Below, piece after piece: positions 1 through 8,599 of a stretch of DNA of 64,000 nucleotides. The first letter of the stretch is position 1, and each line of letters begins with the position of its first letter. The position numbers were made by a program, and so were the translations under genes. The DNA comes from Tepidiformaceae bacterium (lineage in GTDB: Bacteria > Chloroflexota > Dehalococcoidia > Tepidiformales > Tepidiformaceae). The stretch is taken from the NCBI GenBank assembly GCA_965219255.1, contig OZ244727.1:266739-330738 (forward strand), in the 5' to 3' direction. The notes beneath the pieces are model-generated. The model was not told the origin of the DNA, ran no database searches, and worked only from the letters and a program-made list of their open reading frames with translations.

Positions 1-376
1 CGTCGCAGCGCCGGCCGCGGGTATGGAAGTCCTGCCCGAAGGCGGCGTAGTCCTCGGCCCGCGCCCCCACGCCCACCCCAAAGCGGAGCCGCCCCCCGCT
101 GAGCCGGTCGATCTCGGCGGCCTGCTTCGCCACCACCACCGTCTGCCGTGTCGGCAGCACGATTACCGACGGCACCAGCTCGATCGTCTCCGTGTGCGCC
201 GCCACCCAGGCCAGCAGCGTCAGTGGCTCGTGCGTGTGGTCGACCCCCACCGCCGCTACGCGATCGGGCACGCGCAGGTGCGTGAACCCCAGCTCGTCCG
301 CCTCCCGCGCGAACCGCGCCATCCCCTCGTGGTCGTCCTGCAGGTCCCTCACGGGAATTGAAATTCCGATCCTCAT
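1..376 (-). CDS. LLM-class (luciferase-like) flavin/F420-dependent oxidoreductase, N-terminal part only (C-terminus lies beyond window edge)
   Basis: Own translation of the minus strand from ATG (CAT at 374-376): MRIGISIPVRDLQDDHEGMARFAREADELGFTHLRVPDRV...VLPTRQTVVVAKQAAEIDRLSGGRLRFGVGVG, a typical LLM N-terminus. Not in the ORF track because it is open at the edge. The listed 23..361 + ORF is its antisense shadow. Confidence 0.75.
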   Translation of the reverse strand, partial: MRIGISIPVRDLQDDHEGMARFAREADELGFTHLRVPDRVAAVGVDHTHEPLTLLAWVAAHTETIELVPSVIVLPTRQTVVVAKQAAEIDRLSGGRLRFGVGVGARAEDYAAFGQDFHTRGRRCD

Positions 377-474
377 GCTCTTCCCCCTTCGGCCATCACC
401 AAGCCGCCCCGCTGGCGGGAACTCCGCCGGGGGGCTCCTCGCTTTGTATAGACTCCCCTCCTGTGCGTAAAGGC

Positions 475-828
475 ATGCGCCTCCTCAGGCGCCTTGCGAT
501 CGTCCTGCTCGGGCTGGCTGATGTCTTTTGGCTCCTCGTTGTTGGGGTCGCCATGTTTGGGAACGGGGTGAGCTTCTTCAACTTCACGTGGTGGGCGATC
601 CTGCTCACCGTGACCAGCATCTTCGTGTTCTGGTACCTCGTATTCGCGCTGATCCAGTCCCTATGGCGCAGGTTCCGCCGCCCCAACTTCCCCCCTGAAG
701 GCGAAGACCGCGATGAACTTACAGATCGAAGTCGATCTCAAGATGCTGGAGGCCGCGCACACCGCCCCGCCCAGGCGGCGGGAAGGCGATTCCCTCGTTC
801 GGAACGTCCGCCAGTCGCGGGTTCTTGA
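475..828 (+). CDS. small hypothetical membrane protein (two predicted TM helices)
   Basis: Internal ATG of ORF 358..828. MRLLRRLAIVLLGLADVFWLLVVGVAMFG...WWAILLTVTSIFVFWYLVFALIQSLW has two hydrophobic helices followed by a basic stretch. The tail overlaps the 3' end of the convergent P450 by about 110 nt, so the end is uncertain. Confidence 0.4.
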   Translation: MRLLRRLAIVLLGLADVFWLLVVGVAMFGNGVSFFNFTWWAILLTVTSIFVFWYLVFALIQSLWRRFRRPNFPPEGEDRDELTDRSRSQDAGGRAHRPAQAAGRRFPRSERPPVAGS

Positions 829-2032
829 GCGCCTCCAGCAGGATGCGCGAGGAGACCACCGACTCCTGGCGGGCGAGCGCGTAGCCCATGCAGAAGTGCG
901 TCTCCTGCCCGAACCCGAGGTGGCTCGCGACCCCATCCTTCCAGTACCCCGTGCGCAGCTCCTTCCCGAAGTACAGGTCGTCCCGGAAGATGTTGAAGGT
1001 GTCCGGGTCCTTGAAGATGGTCTCGTCGCGGTTCCCCGAGCCCAGCCCCAGCCACGCCGTCGCCCCGACCGGCATCACCCGGCCGCGCAGCTCCACCTCA
1101 ACCTTCGTCCGCCGCCGCTGCCAGTGGTTCGAGCCGTCGAAGCGCAGCATCTCCGTGAACACCTGGTCCATCAGCTCCGGGTTGTCGCGCACGGCCTCGT
1201 ACTGCTCAGGGCTGCGGAGCAGGTTCCACCACATCGCGTCGATCGCCTTGTGCGTTGTATCGCCGCCGCCCACCAGCAGCAGGGCCACGTAACCCCGCAT
1301 CTGGTCGCGGGTCATCTTCTCGCCGTCCTTCTCCGCGTGACAGAAGGTCGAGAGCAGGTCGTCCCGCGGCTCCGCGATGCGCTCATCGATCAGCGGGTCC
1401 AGGTAGGCGAAGAGGTCGTCCCGCGCCGCCATTCCCAGCCGGTAGTGCGCCCGTCCGTATCCGCCCCCGGCGAAGAGCCGGTCGTAGACCGCCTCGAAGT
1501 AATCGTTGTCCTCTTCGGGAAGCCCCAGCATCCCTGCGATCACGCGGATCGGGAAACGCTCGCTGAACTGAGAAACCAGGTCAACCTGCCCCGACGACGT
1601 CAGCCCGGCCTTCTGATCGGCCCGTGCCTTCTCCATGAAGCCATCGATGATCTTCCGTGCGATCCGCTCGATCAGCGGTACACGCTTCTCCAGACGCTTC
1701 CCCACGAACTCCCCCGCCACAATCCCCCGCAGCCAGATGTAATCCTGCCCCTCCCCGAGCTCGTTCAGCGTCTGCCCCAGGGGCGTGTCCGACCCGTACT
1801 TGAACTTGCCGTGCGGGTCGTAGACAGCCCGCGTGAACCGCGCGTTGTCCTTGTAGATCGCCCAGATGTCCTCGTACCGCGAGACGATCCAGCGGTTCTG
1901 AAACTTGTCCTGGTAGACCGGCTCGTACTCCCGCAGCCGCTTGTAGATGGGGAACGGGTTGATGCGGAACTCGTCCGTGACGAACTCCTGCGGCTCGATC
2001 AGGCTCGGATCACTCTCGACCTGCGCGGTCAT
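719..2032 (-). CDS. cytochrome P450
   Basis: Heme-binding loop FGQETHFCMGYALAR (FxxGxHxCxG), I-helix-like LLLVGGGDTTHKAI, EMLRF (ExxR). Start set at MTAQVESD (CAT 2030-2032) rather than the ORF-track upstream ATG. Confidence 0.9.
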   Translation of the reverse strand: MTAQVESDPSLIEPQEFVTDEFRINPFPIYKRLREYEPVYQDKFQNRWIVSRYEDIWAIYKDNARFTRAVYDPHGKFKYGSDTPLGQTLNELGEGQDYIWLRGIVAGEFVGKRLEKRVPLIERIARKIIDGFMEKARADQKAGLTSSGQVDLVSQFSERFPIRVIAGMLGLPEEDNDYFEAVYDRLFAGGGYGRAHYRLGMAARDDLFAYLDPLIDERIAEPRDDLLSTFCHAEKDGEKMTRDQMRGYVALLLVGGGDTTHKAIDAMWWNLLRSPEQYEAVRDNPELMDQVFTEMLRFDGSNHWQRRRTKVEVELRGRVMPVGATAWLGLGSGNRDETIFKDPDTFNIFRDDLYFGKELRTGYWKDGVASHLGFGQETHFCMGYALARQESVVSSRILLEALKNPRLADVPNEGIAFPPPGRGGVRGLQHLEIDFDL

Positions 2033-2129
2033 GGTGTTGGCTCCTGGCTGTTGGCCATTGGCTCTTGGCCGCATGGTACCCCAGCGGCAGCGCCCGGGGG
2101 CCAACAGCCAATAGCCCGCGCGAAGCGCG

Positions 2130-3635
2130 CTAGCGCTCCGCGCGCACCATCTCCGCCACCCGCTCCCCGATCATGATGCACGTCAGGTTCGTGTTCGCCC
2201 GCACGATCTCCGGCATGACCGACGCGTCCACCACGCGCAGCCCCTCGACCCCGTGCACCCGGCACTGCGCATCGACGACCGCCCCGGGATCGCTCGCCGG
2301 CCCCATCTTCGCCGTTCCCACGGGGTGGAAGTTATGAGACCCCTTCGCCCGGACATACGCATCCAGCGCATCGTCGTCCGCCAGCACCTCCGCCGGGGGC
2401 GTCTCCAGGCCCTCCGCGTACTGCGCGATGGAGGGGTGCTCTCCCATCCGCTGCGACAGTTGCAGGCCCTCCCGCAGCCGGCGCACATCCGACTCGTCGG
2501 AGAAGAAGTTCAGTTCGATGCGTGGCTGCGCGCGGTGGTCGGCGCTTTCGAAGTGGAGCCGCCCCCGCGACTTCGGCCGCTGCAGGATCACCAGCAGGGC
2601 GAAATTCCCCTCCCGCCCCGGGAAGTGATTCACCATGTAGATCTGCATGTCGTTCGTCTCGCCGCCGCTGGCGGTGTAGCGCAGCATCGTCTGCACCGGC
2701 GGGTCGGGCATCACCGAAACGCCGGGCTTCGACCGCCACACCACCGAGCAGAGCGGGTGGTCGATCAGGTTGCGACCCACCCCCGGCAGCTCCCGCACGA
2801 GCGTCGCCCCGATCCCCTCCACGTCCTCCCGCGCCCCGATGCCCGACCGCACCAGGATCGGCGGCGACATGATCGCTCCCGCCGAGAGGATCACGTTTCG
2901 GCCCAGCACTGTCTGCATGTCCCCGTCGCAGTCCACCTCCACCCCCGTCGCCCGCCCGTCCTCGATCAGCACGCGCTTCACGAGGCAGCCGCCCCGGATC
3001 GTCAGGTTCAACCGGTTCCGGATCGGCTCCAGGTACGCCATCGCCGTCGAGATGCGCGTGTCGACCTGCCGGTTCTGCGCCGTCGGGCTGATGCCCGTCG
3101 CCTCCGGGTCGTTGAAGTCCTCCGCGTACGGGAAGCCGTGCTCCTGGCACACCTCGAGGAACGCCTCCGACAGGGGCCGCATCTCATCCGGGCGCCAGCG
3201 CACGATTGGAAGCGGTCCGCTCTTCCCGTGGAAGTCTCCCGAGGCGTCGAGGTCGTGCTCCAGCCTCCGGAAGGAGGGCAGGCACTCCTCCCACGACCAG
3301 CCTTCATTCCCGAGCGCCGCCCACTCGTCGAAGTCCTCGGGTGTGCCCCGGATGGCGAGGGTGCCGTTCACCGACGAGGAGCCTCCCATCACGCGCCCGC
3401 GCGGGTAGTAGACCTCCCGGTCCGGGGTCGCGTTGGCAGTGAACCCCCAGTCGTGGTCGACCACCGAGACGCGGTGTGCGTAGCGCAGGTCGTGCGGAGT
3501 CGCGTCCGTGCTGGCGTAGTCGGGACCGGCCTCGAGCAGCAGCACCGAGCGGTCCGTATCCTCGCTCAGGCGGGCCGCCAGCGCCGCCCCGGACGACCCC
3601 GCCCCCACGACGATGCAGTCGTAGACCGTGCTCAC
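2130..3635 (-). CDS. GMC-family FAD oxidoreductase (choline/alcohol dehydrogenase-like)
   Basis: N-terminal FAD fold YDCIVVGAGSSGAALAARLSED, GGSSSVNG, C-terminal HPVGTAKMG...VVDASVMPE. Start uncertain: GTG at 3635 or TTG at 3665. Confidence 0.9.
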   Translation of the reverse strand: MSTVYDCIVVGAGSSGAALAARLSEDTDRSVLLLEAGPDYASTDATPHDLRYAHRVSVVDHDWGFTANATPDREVYYPRGRVMGGSSSVNGTLAIRGTPEDFDEWAALGNEGWSWEECLPSFRRLEHDLDASGDFHGKSGPLPIVRWRPDEMRPLSEAFLEVCQEHGFPYAEDFNDPEATGISPTAQNRQVDTRISTAMAYLEPIRNRLNLTIRGGCLVKRVLIEDGRATGVEVDCDGDMQTVLGRNVILSAGAIMSPPILVRSGIGAREDVEGIGATLVRELPGVGRNLIDHPLCSVVWRSKPGVSVMPDPPVQTMLRYTASGGETNDMQIYMVNHFPGREGNFALLVILQRPKSRGRLHFESADHRAQPRIELNFFSDESDVRRLREGLQLSQRMGEHPSIAQYAEGLETPPAEVLADDDALDAYVRAKGSHNFHPVGTAKMGPASDPGAVVDAQCRVHGVEGLRVVDASVMPEIVRANTNLTCIMIGERVAEMVRAER

Positions 3636-3729
3636 GGTGCGCAAGCATACCGCCCTCGTTGACAAGCGCGAGGCCGCCGCTGACGATGCCGCCCAGCAGC
3701 CGTCCTACCCCCGTGGAGAGAGGTGCCCC

Positions 3730-5466
3730 ATGGCCGACCGAATCGAAGGCGTGACCGTCGATGAGAACGTGATGATCCCGATGCGCGATGGCGTCAGGCT
3801 CCAGGCCGACGTCTACCGCCCCTCCGGACCGGGGAGGTTCCCCACCCTCGTCTCCCGTACCCCCTACGGACGCCAGGGCCTTGGCGCCCTCGTCATGGCC
3901 GACTACTGGACCTCCCACGGCTACGCCGTCGTCACCCAGGACACGCGCGCCCGCTTCGGCTCCGAGGGTGACTACTACGAACCCCACATCTTCGAGGCCC
4001 TCGACGGCTACGACACCATCGAGTGGGCCGCCGCCCAGCCCTGGTCGACCGGCTCCGTGGGCACCCACGGCCAGTCCTATCTCGCCGCCGTGCAGTACAT
4101 GGTCGCGGCCGAGTCGCCCCCCTCCCTGAAGGCGCAGATGCCCGTCTCCGGCTCGACCGACTTCAAGCAGAGCTGGATCTACCACAGCGGCGGCGCCTTC
4201 GAGCACGGTTGGATGGCCGCTTACGCCACCTCCAAGGCGCGCGACACCGCCCGCCGCCTCGGCCTCGACCCCGACCTCCCCGAGCTCGACTCCGAGCTCG
4301 CCCAGGCCGAGGGTTTCCGCCCCCTCCTCGACCACTCCGCCCGCGAGCTCCCCATGACCGTCTGGGCCGACCGCCTCTCCGAGATCGCGCCCTACTTCGC
4401 CGACTACCTCGCCAACCCCGACGACGGCCCGCACTGGTGGAACATCAACCTTCGCCGCCGCTTCCACGAGGTCAACCAGCCGATGTATCACGTCGGCTCC
4501 TGGTACGACATCTTCCAGGAGGGCGCGCTCGAGGGGTTCAGCGGCATCACCGCCCGCGGCGGCGAGCATGCCCGCCCCAACCAGAAGCTGCTCATGGGCC
4601 CCTGGGGCCATATCGGCTACACCGTGCCCACCACCGGCGGCTGCGGCGACCTCGACTTCGGCCCCAACGCCGCCATCGAGCTCAAGGAGGACCAGCTCCG
4701 CTGGTTCGACTACTGGCTCAAGGACGAAGACACCGGAATCATGGACGACCCGCCCGTCCGCATCTTCGTCATGGGCGACAACGTCTGGCGCGAGGAGAAC
4801 GAGTGGCCTCTCGCCCGCACCGTCTACACGCCCTGGTACCTCCACAGCGGCGGCGGCGCCAACACCCTCAACGGCGACGGCGCCCTCAGCCAGGACTCTC
4901 CCGGCAACGAGCGCCCGGACACCTTCGTCTACGACCCCAACGACCCCGTTCCCACCCTCGGCGGCAACAACCTCATCACGCCCCCGGGCGTGTTCGACCA
5001 GACCCCCGCGGAGGAGCGCGGCGACGTCCTCTGCTACACCAGCGAACCCCTCAGCGAAGAGCTCGAGGTCACCGGGCCGATCACGGTCACCCTCTGGGCC
5101 GCCACCAGCGGCGTCGATACCGACTTCACCGCCAAGCTCTGCGACGTGCGCCCCGACGGCTACGTCCAGAACATCAACGACGGCATCATCCGCGCCCGCT
5201 ACCGCAACTCCCTGCTCGACCAGGAGATGCTCACGGCCAACCAGTCCTACGAGTTCACCATCGACCTCTGGGCCACGAGCCACGTCTTCAAGCCCGGCCA
5301 CCGCATCCGCGTGGACATCAGCTCCTCGAACTTCCCCCACTTCGACCGCAATCCCAACACCGGCCGGGCCATACACACCGAGACAGAGGTGATGCCCGCC
5401 CAGCAAACCGTCTTCCACGACACCAACCGCCCCAGCTGCATCACCCTGCCGGTGATCCCGCGCTGA
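3730..5466 (+). CDS. CocE/NonD-family alpha/beta hydrolase (X-Pro dipeptidyl-peptidase S15-like)
   Basis: MIPMRDGVRLQADVYRP, nucleophile elbow GTHGQSYLA, C-terminal jelly-roll signature RARYR...FKPGHRIRVDISSSNFPHFDRNPNTG. ATG at 3730. Confidence 0.9.
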   Translation: MADRIEGVTVDENVMIPMRDGVRLQADVYRPSGPGRFPTLVSRTPYGRQGLGALVMADYWTSHGYAVVTQDTRARFGSEGDYYEPHIFEALDGYDTIEWAAAQPWSTGSVGTHGQSYLAAVQYMVAAESPPSLKAQMPVSGSTDFKQSWIYHSGGAFEHGWMAAYATSKARDTARRLGLDPDLPELDSELAQAEGFRPLLDHSARELPMTVWADRLSEIAPYFADYLANPDDGPHWWNINLRRRFHEVNQPMYHVGSWYDIFQEGALEGFSGITARGGEHARPNQKLLMGPWGHIGYTVPTTGGCGDLDFGPNAAIELKEDQLRWFDYWLKDEDTGIMDDPPVRIFVMGDNVWREENEWPLARTVYTPWYLHSGGGANTLNGDGALSQDSPGNERPDTFVYDPNDPVPTLGGNNLITPPGVFDQTPAEERGDVLCYTSEPLSEELEVTGPITVTLWAATSGVDTDFTAKLCDVRPDGYVQNINDGIIRARYRNSLLDQEMLTANQSYEFTIDLWATSHVFKPGHRIRVDISSSNFPHFDRNPNTGRAIHTETEVMPAQQTVFHDTNRPSCITLPVIPR

Positions 5467-5585
5467 CGCGCGGGCGCTATCGGCCGTTGGCTCTTGGCCC
5501 TTGGGTGGGGAATGCGCCGCCACCCGCTGGGTGGTGGCGGGGCGGGGACCAGCCACTAGTCACCAACCACCATTCACGACACACG

Positions 5586-5617
5586 AAAAAGCGCTCCACC
5601 CGAGAGTGGAGCGCTTT
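5586..5617 (-). terminator. intrinsic terminator hairpin (strong on minus strand, weak on plus)
   Basis: GCGCTCCAC (5591-5599) pairs with GTGGAGCGC (5606-5614) around a 6-nt loop. It is flanked by AAAAA upstream and TTT downstream on the plus strand, giving a U5 tail when read on the minus strand. Confidence 0.6.
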
Positions 5618-5876
5618 CCGCTGGAGGTAGTTTCCCGGAGCCGGCGATCCTCGGTTTCCCTCGGTCCGCCTCCCGTCCGGCTCCCCCGAAGGGTCCCCGT
5701 CCGGTCCTCCGCTCACCCCGCCTCCAACGCAATCGAGGTTACTCCCGCGAATTTCGGCCTGTCCACCCCTCCCGCAGTTTCCTTGACGATCCCTTCATGC
5801 GCGACCCCGAGATTACAACCCCAACTCCTCCCCGATCAGGTCACCACCACTCGCGCTGTGTCCGATCCGCTGGCTC

Positions 5877-6761
5877 CTACGAGTGGTACTGCTCGTGAGC
5901 GCGTTGCGTGAGAGGGTCGAGCTGTTCGCGATACTTCTTGCGATCGCCAGGAACCAAGCGAATCCGGTAGTTGCCCCACCGCGAGTCATACGGGACGACA
6001 TCGAGCCCAGCGTCTCCGAGGTCTTTGGTCGTTTGGTCGTCTTCGGGGATCTTGAATTCTGCGATTATGTGTTTCTTGCTAGGCCGGAATTTCATGAAAA
6101 GGGTACTCTTGCCGTTCCGGGATAGGCCGATGTAGTACTTGTTGTACTTCGCCTCATATCTTCCGTCTTCGTCGCCCACAAGATTGTTTGTCTGGGAAAT
6201 TATATCGTCAACAATTGCTAGGGCCGAGGATGAAGACTTGTCCTCCCACCAAGTGCGATCCGTAACAGTGGCTTCGTCTTCTTCTTCGGTTGCGAGTCGG
6301 ACGAGATCGACGATTCTCGAAGCGATAAGGGTATGGACACCCGCCACGTCCACCAATTGCAACTGGATGGCGATGAGTGGGATTGCACCGTTGAAGAGGT
6401 GGATCACGTTGAGGAACCGACTCGTCACCTGTTCGGCGCCGATGACCGCAACGTGCTCGTACTGGGGGTACCGCTTCCGCTCAATGTCCCAGTACTCGAT
6501 CGTACGGATGATGTGGGACTCATCGGTTGCGCCCAGCTGGATCTCGACCTCGTACCGCGTCACCCTCTCTGGGTCAGTGAGAAGCAGGTCCAATCGTCCG
6601 CCAGAGGGCTGCTGGCGTTCCGAGTCGCGGACGTCAAGGTCGCCCAGCCCCAGAAGCGACGGACGTTCTTTCAGCTGTTCGTGCAGCCAGCGCTCATCAA
6701 AGCGCGGGTCTCCCTTCATGGGCACGACTTTAGGATCCACGATCGTCAGCTCTTTGTTCAT
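5877..6761 (-). CDS. hypothetical protein, NucS/DUF91-like PD-(D/E)XK nuclease fold N-terminus plus unknown C-terminal domain
   Basis: GGRLDLLLTDPERVTRYEVEIQLG fits the G-x-D-L-L...E-x-(K/Q) nuclease core. The C-terminal YEAKYNKYYIGLSRNGKSTLFMKFRPSKKHIIAEFKI resembles accessory domains found on such nucleases. Visibly lower GC than the flanks. GAGG lies 8 nt before the ATG. Confidence 0.7.
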   Translation of the reverse strand: MNKELTIVDPKVVPMKGDPRFDERWLHEQLKERPSLLGLGDLDVRDSERQQPSGGRLDLLLTDPERVTRYEVEIQLGATDESHIIRTIEYWDIERKRYPQYEHVAVIGAEQVTSRFLNVIHLFNGAIPLIAIQLQLVDVAGVHTLIASRIVDLVRLATEEEDEATVTDRTWWEDKSSSSALAIVDDIISQTNNLVGDEDGRYEAKYNKYYIGLSRNGKSTLFMKFRPSKKHIIAEFKIPEDDQTTKDLGDAGLDVVPYDSRWGNYRIRLVPGDRKKYREQLDPLTQRAHEQYHS

Positions 6762-6788
6762 GAGAAAACCTCTGGCAACAACTGCGCG

Positions 6789-8021
6789 CTACGCCCGCTT
6801 TACCTCCGCGTACTGCAGCGGAACCTCATCGCCGAGCCACGACTTGCCCATGACTCCGTAGTGGCGCCAGCTCACGCCCCCGTGCGCCGCCGCCTGGTGG
6901 GAGTCGCGCAGCTTCCGCTCCAGCGGGTGCTCCATGCGGCTTGCCGTGGTGCCCGCGGTGTTGTGGATGGTGTCGACCACGTGCCGCGAAGCCTGCGCCG
7001 CATGCGTCGAGGCCAGCAGCCCCAGCCGCAGCAGGGGCCACTCCGGAAGCGAGCGCCCGCCGTTCAGCGGCCCCAGGTTCGCCTCGATCTCCTCCTGCGT
7101 CTCCATCACGAAGGCCCGCGCCGCCCGCAGCGTCGCCTCCATCTCGCCCAGCCGGATGTACGCCTCCGGCTGGTCCTTCAGCGTCGAGCCCGACATCCAC
7201 GGCGTCTTCACCATCGCCAGGTCCACGAACGTGTCGATCGCGCCGCGCGCGATGCCGAGCGCCACGGCCGCCTTGTTGTAGGGAACCTGCGAGGGGTTGC
7301 GGTAGGTCGGATTCTCCCAGTGCTCGGTCGAGTTGAGCGCGTTCTGCGGCAGCATGTGCTTCGGAGGCACGTACTGATTGACGATGCGCACGTCGTGGCT
7401 GCCGGAGCCGCGCAGCCCCGCCATGTTCCACGTGTCGACGGGCACGAACTCGCCCTTCGGCACCATGAATGAGGCGTCCGCCATCTCCCCCGTGTCCTCG
7501 TCCACTATCTCGGCGGCGGGATTGAGCACGAGGTTCCAGGTGGCGTTGAAGCACCCGCTTGCGAACGCCCCCTGGTAGGTCGTGCGCCAGCCGCTGCCCT
7601 CGCGCTTCGCCGTGCGCCCGGGGAACTCGCCGTTCGGCGTCCCCAGTCCGGAGCACACGAGGTAGTACCAGTCGTCGCAGATCTCGTGCGCGAAGGCCGG
7701 GTCCATCTGCCGCAGGACGAGCGCGTTGATCTCGGAGTTGATCTGCACGCACCAGCCGATCGAGCCGTCGATCGCGCAGGTCTCCTCGATCGCCTCGATC
7801 TGGCCCCGCGCAGTCATGTCCTCCCCACCCAGCTCCTTCGGCAGGGTGTGGCGGTACAGACCGGCGTCCGCCATCACCTTCGAGACCCAGTCTGGCAGGC
7901 GGCGCAGCTGCTGCGCCTCGTCCCCGCCCGCCGCGAGCTCCTCCTTGATGTTCGCGATGCGCTCCGACATCGGCGTCTTCTGGAGCTCAGTGCTCCGGTC
8001 AATGATTTCCTGCCGTACCAT
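6789..8021 (-). CDS. acyl-CoA dehydrogenase-fold flavoprotein (group-D flavin monooxygenase-like), paralog A
   Basis: MVRQEIIDRS..., IDGSIGWCVQINSEINALVLRQM, AGLRGSGSHDVRI, C-terminal RKLRDSHQAAAHGGVSWRHY. Start at CAT 8019-8021, matching the start of the two paralogs. Confidence 0.9.
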   Translation of the reverse strand: MVRQEIIDRSTELQKTPMSERIANIKEELAAGGDEAQQLRRLPDWVSKVMADAGLYRHTLPKELGGEDMTARGQIEAIEETCAIDGSIGWCVQINSEINALVLRQMDPAFAHEICDDWYYLVCSGLGTPNGEFPGRTAKREGSGWRTTYQGAFASGCFNATWNLVLNPAAEIVDEDTGEMADASFMVPKGEFVPVDTWNMAGLRGSGSHDVRIVNQYVPPKHMLPQNALNSTEHWENPTYRNPSQVPYNKAAVALGIARGAIDTFVDLAMVKTPWMSGSTLKDQPEAYIRLGEMEATLRAARAFVMETQEEIEANLGPLNGGRSLPEWPLLRLGLLASTHAAQASRHVVDTIHNTAGTTASRMEHPLERKLRDSHQAAAHGGVSWRHYGVMGKSWLGDEVPLQYAEVKRA

Positions 8022-8100
8022 TGCTTGCATTCTCCCCGTAGGATTCGCGCCCGCGATACTACCGAATCGGCCCGATAGCCAACACCCACAAGGAGCCCAC

Positions 8101-8544
8101 ATGCCCGCCATCCAGCCCATCCCCGACGGCTACACCGCCATCACCCCCTACCTCGTCGCCGAGGACGCCCCCGGCCTCCTCGACTTCCTCGCGAACGCCT
8201 TTGGCGCCGTCGAGCGCCTGCGCATGCCCATGCCTGACGGATCGCTCGGGCACGCCGAGGTCGAGATCGGGGGCGCCACGGTGATGCTCTCCTCCTCCAT
8301 GGCCCCCGACTACCCGCCCAGCAGCGCCCAGATCCACCTCTACGTCGAGGATGTCGACGCCGTCTACGCCCAGGCCGTGAGGGCGGGCGCCACCGCCGTG
8401 ACCGAGCCCGAGGACCAGTTCTACGGCGACCGCATCGCCCGCGTGCTCGACCCCGCCGGAAACACCTGGTCCATCGCCACCCACATCGCCGACGTCAGCC
8501 CGGAAGAGATGATGCAGGCCATGGAGGCCATGGGCGAGGGGTAG
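8101..8544 (+). CDS. VOC/glyoxalase-family protein (PhnB-like)
   Basis: MPAIQPIPDGYTAITPYLVAEDA...HAEVEIGGATVMLSS...FYGDRIARVLDPAGNTWSIATH. RBS AAGGAG lies upstream of the ATG at 8101. Confidence 0.9.
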   Translation: MPAIQPIPDGYTAITPYLVAEDAPGLLDFLANAFGAVERLRMPMPDGSLGHAEVEIGGATVMLSSSMAPDYPPSSAQIHLYVEDVDAVYAQAVRAGATAVTEPEDQFYGDRIARVLDPAGNTWSIATHIADVSPEEMMQAMEAMGEG

Positions 8545-8599
8545 TGGTCGGTGGCCGGTGGCCGGTTGCCGGTGGCCGGTGGCCGGTGGCCGGCTGGCC
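8545..8599. repeat. heptanucleotide tandem repeat (TGGCCGG)n, about 7.8 copies
   Basis: tggtcgg tggccgg tggccgg ttgccgg tggccgg tggccgg tggccgg ctggcc. It fills exactly the gap between the stop codons of two convergent genes (8544 and 8600). Confidence 0.9.

Noticed and set aside
713-2176. 487-aa plus-strand ORF
   Set aside because: It is antisense to the cytochrome P450 gene, which has an unambiguous heme-binding loop. No motifs in this frame.
3304-5556. 750-aa minus-strand ORF, the longest ORF in the region
   Set aside because: It is antisense to the well-supported CocE/NonD hydrolase gene. Its product is Gly/Ala/Val/Asp-rich low-complexity sequence, typical of shadow ORFs in high-GC DNA, and it has no recognisable motifs.
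5467-5876. Tested as tRNA, tmRNA, RNase P, SRP RNA, cobalamin riboswitch or TPP riboswitch
   Set aside because: No GGTTCGAATCC-type T-loop, no GAGGAAAGTCCGGGC, no GGAAGCAGCC SRP helix-8 motif, no B12 box and no CTGAGA/ACCTGATCTGG core. A GCCACCA at about 5535 lacks any adjacent T-arm. I therefore left it as an unassigned candidate ncRNA rather than naming a family.
8545-8599. Possible CRISPR array
   Set aside because: The units are only 7 bp and directly abut with no spacers. No cas genes are in the window.
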